Source: Gammaproteobacteria bacterium (GTDB lineage: Bacteria > Pseudomonadota > Gammaproteobacteria > Eutrophobiales > Eutrophobiaceae). From it: DNA of 64,000 nucleotides. Shown piece after piece: positions 62,027 to 64,000 of this stretch (the stretch's first letter is position 1; every line of letters begins with the position of its first letter). The notes under the pieces are model-generated. The model searched no databases and had not been told where the DNA came from. It was given only the letters and a program-made list of their open reading frames with translations. A program made the translations under genes and the position numbers. The stretch covers positions 2,912-66,911 of the forward strand of contig JACPSH010000047.1 of assembly GCA_016193395.1 (NCBI GenBank), written 5' to 3'.

Positions 62027-64000
62027 ATGAAAGCGTTGTTGAAAGTCCTGCTTGGTCTGGTCGGTTTCGCGATCGTGCTGGCGGTCGCGGCGGTAGTCGC
62101 CGTGGCGAGCCTCGACCCGAATGAGCACAAGGACTGGATCACCGCCAAGGTTCAGGAAAAGACCGGGCGCACGTTGTCCATCGACGGCAAGATCGGCCTG
62201 GAGTTCTATCCCTGGCTGGGGCTGGAAGCGGACGGCGTCACGCTCGGCAACGCGCCGGGATTCGGGCCGGAGCCCTTTCTCAAGCTCGCCCACGTGAAGG
62301 CGCGCATCAAACTCCTGCCGTTGCTGCGCGAGCAATACGAGATCGACACCGTGCAACTGCACGGTGTGAATCTCAGCCTCGCCCGCAACAAGGACGGCGT
62401 GACCAACTGGGCGGACCTCGCATCCGGGGAGCCGGCCGAAGCGAAGCCGCTCCCGCTGACCGCCATCGTGCTGGGCGGCGTGGACATCCAGAAGGCGCAG
62501 ATCTCGTGGTCGGATGCGGCCACGGGAGCCCGCTACGTGGTCAAGGACCTGACGGCCACGACCGGGCCGCTGACCTACGGCGATCCGATCAGCCTCGCCC
62601 TGTCGCTGACCGGAAGCGGCAACCGGCCGGCCGTGGACGGCGACATGAAGCTCGATGGCATGGTCGCCTACGATCTCGATGCCGGGAAATACAGCGTCAG
62701 GCCGCTGGAGCTGAAGGGGACCTTGCGCGGCAAGAACGTGCCCGGCGGCCAGATGCCCTTGAGTCTGTCGGCCGCCGCGGAAGTCGACCTCGGCAAGGAA
62801 ACGGCGGCCGTGTCCGATCTCAAACTCAACATCCTGCAGACGTCGGTTGCCGGAAGCGTCGAGGCGGCGAACATCAAGTCGCCCAAGCCTCAGGTCAAGG
62901 CCAATCTCGACGTGCAGGGCGCCGATCTCGCGCTGTTGTTCAAAGTCGCCGAAATCGAACCTCTGGCCACCGACCTTTCGCGCATCGCGGAGCGCAAGTT
63001 CGACCTTCAGGCACGGCTCGATGCCGACCTCGAACGCGGCGACCTGGATGTCCCCGAATTCAGCGCCAACCTGCTCGGCGCCACCGTGAAAGGGGAAATC
63101 AGGGCCACAAACACCCAGTCGGAGTCGCCTGCGGTAAAGGGCGCCATCGATGCCTCCGGCCCCGACCTGCCGAACCTGCTGCAGGTGGCGGGCCAGGTCC
63201 AGGGCGGCGCGAAATCGCCGCTGGCGCGCTACGGTAGGCAACTGGCCAAGGCGCCGGATCGTTCGTTCAGCGTCAAAACGACCTTCGAGGCGGACCTCAA
63301 ACGTGGATCCGTGGACGTTCCCGCGCTTGCGGTCAAGGTCGCGGGCGCCACCTTGGACGGCCGCATCCGCGCGGGCAACGTGCAGTCCGACACGCCGAGC
63401 TTCCAGGGCGCCCTGAATGCCGCCGGCCCGGACCTGCCCGTGTTGATGCTGGCCGCCGGCAGCGGCGAGGGCAAGGAGTCCCCGCTGGTCGCCAACGGCA
63501 GGCGCCTGGCGGCGATGAAGGACAAGTCCTTCATCGTCAAGACGGAGTTCGATGCGGATCTGAAGAAGGGCAATATCGATCTGCCGACGCTGTCGGCCCA
63601 GGCCTTCGGCGTCGAGGTCAACGGCAGGCTCAAGGCCACGGATATGGAAAGCTCCGGCGGCAGCGTGGCCGGGCAGTTGACGGTCAAGGGCGAGAAACTG
63701 GCGGACCTGCTGGGTGCGCTGGAACAGGCGGAACTCGGCCAGGTCCTGCGCTCGGTCAACTTCGACGCGGTTATCGGCGGAACGCGCGCCGATCTCAGCC
63801 TCAAGCCCATGGCGCTCAAGGCGGTGGTCGCGAGCCCGGAGATCAAGGGATCTCCGGTGACCATCGCCCTGAACGCGGATACGCGCCTCAACCTGGACAA
63901 GCAGGCGCTCCAGCTCGACGACTTCACCCTCAAGGGTCTGGGCCTGAACGTGGAGGGAAGCGTGAAGGCGGAGAAGATCCTGGAGGCGCCGGAGTTCGAC
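62027..64000 (+). CDS. AsmA-family protein (3' end beyond the window)
   Basis: Hand translation MKALLKVLLGLVGFAIVLAVAAVVAVASLDPNEHKDWITAKVQEKTGRTLSIDGKIGLEFYPWLGL; absent from the ORF track because it runs off the window edge. Confidence 0.88.
   Translation, partial: MKALLKVLLGLVGFAIVLAVAAVVAVASLDPNEHKDWITAKVQEKTGRTLSIDGKIGLEFYPWLGLEADGVTLGNAPGFGPEPFLKLAHVKARIKLLPLLREQYEIDTVQLHGVNLSLARNKDGVTNWADLASGEPAEAKPLPLTAIVLGGVDIQKAQISWSDAATGARYVVKDLTATTGPLTYGDPISLALSLTGSGNRPAVDGDMKLDGMVAYDLDAGKYSVRPLELKGTLRGKNVPGGQMPLSLSAAAEVDLGKETAAVSDLKLNILQTSVAGSVEAANIKSPKPQVKANLDVQGADLALLFKVAEIEPLATDLSRIAERKFDLQARLDADLERGDLDVPEFSANLLGATVKGEIRATNTQSESPAVKGAIDASGPDLPNLLQVAGQVQGGAKSPLARYGRQLAKAPDRSFSVKTTFEADLKRGSVDVPALAVKVAGATLDGRIRAGNVQSDTPSFQGALNAAGPDLPVLMLAAGSGEGKESPLVANGRRLAAMKDKSFIVKTEFDADLKKGNIDLPTLSAQAFGVEVNGRLKATDMESSGGSVAGQLTVKGEKLADLLGALEQAELGQVLRSVNFDAVIGGTRADLSLKPMALKAVVASPEIKGSPVTIALNADTRLNLDKQALQLDDFTLKGLGLNVEGSVKAEKILEAPEFD

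Overview
High-GC (~65%) chromosomal segment, most likely from a gammaproteobacterium. Housekeeping genes include purH/purD, hisB/hisH, hemF, dtd, rpiA, ilvA, 6S RNA-zapA, ygfB-pepP-ubiH-ubiI, glnS, purC, tkt-gap-pgk-pyk-fba, rsd, rsmE, gshA, algR/fimS, argH and a partial asmA. A ~23 kb MSHA-like type IV pilus locus (30.5-53.6 kb) has its own sigma54 activator, histidine kinase, sigma54 pilin promoter, adenylate cyclase, split ABC transporter and a 1005-aa repeat-containing minor pilin. The most striking feature is an orphan lambdoid-type cI/cro switch at 20.4-21.4 kb. It has three GATAC-N5-GTATC operators, mirror-image divergent promoters and an apparently leaderless repressor gene whose S24 autoprotease residues are substituted. 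No phage genes lie nearby, and the only downstream gene encodes a degenerate GGDEF protein, so this looks like a domesticated, SOS-uncoupled switch (inference). Also notable: a family of MITE-like elements with a covarying structured core (6 cores at 4 loci), a CHAD-ParA gene pair, an unannotated 50-aa membrane protein, inverted heptamer arrays and a REP-like palindrome. All family assignments come from motif recognition by eye; no database searches were run.
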